Translations under genes and position numbers: made by a program
Shown: positions 63,610-64,000 of the stretch, piece by piece
Position numbering within the stretch: position 1 is the first letter of the stretch
How the letters are laid out: every line of letters begins with the position of its first letter
Notes under the pieces: model-generated
The model's database searches: none
What the model was told of the DNA's origin: nothing
The model's input: the letters and a program-made list of their open reading frames with translations, nothing else
Assembly (NCBI GenBank): GCA_030141605.1
Contig: JAQGDQ010000677.1
Location: 50,470-114,469 of the forward strand
Reading direction: 5' to 3'
DNA from: Tubiluchus corallicola
Taxonomy: Eukaryota > Animalia > Priapulida
DNA length: 64,000 nucleotides

Positions 63610-64000
<391 letters not shown>

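Overview
AT-rich, repeat-dense metazoan (invertebrate) genomic DNA, read by eye. Three main components. (1) A ~7.3 kb Gmr1-like Ty3/Gypsy LTR retrotransposon on the minus strand (5016-12274). It has a tRNA-Leu PBS and an open Gag-PR-IN frame, but the RT core is deleted, RNase H is frameshifted and there is no target-site duplication. (2) A 1418-aa type I membrane protein whose whole CDS is one exon (14054-18310, +), with signal peptide, CUB, 29 EGF, WAP, TM and an acidic tail ending in a PDZ-type motif. (3) An 8-exon, ~716-aa PRDM-like gene on the minus strand (62841 to 24968), with a degenerate PR/SET domain, six C2H2 fingers and a 25 kb first intron; all splice phases were checked by hand. 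The remainder is hAT, Harbinger, piggyBac and Kolobok-type MITEs, LINE and SINE remnants, and micro/minisatellites, several of which arose inside MITEs. There is also a dispersed family of inverted-repeat-bounded elements carrying variable TTAGGG-derived arrays. No rRNA, functional tRNA or CRISPR array is supported.
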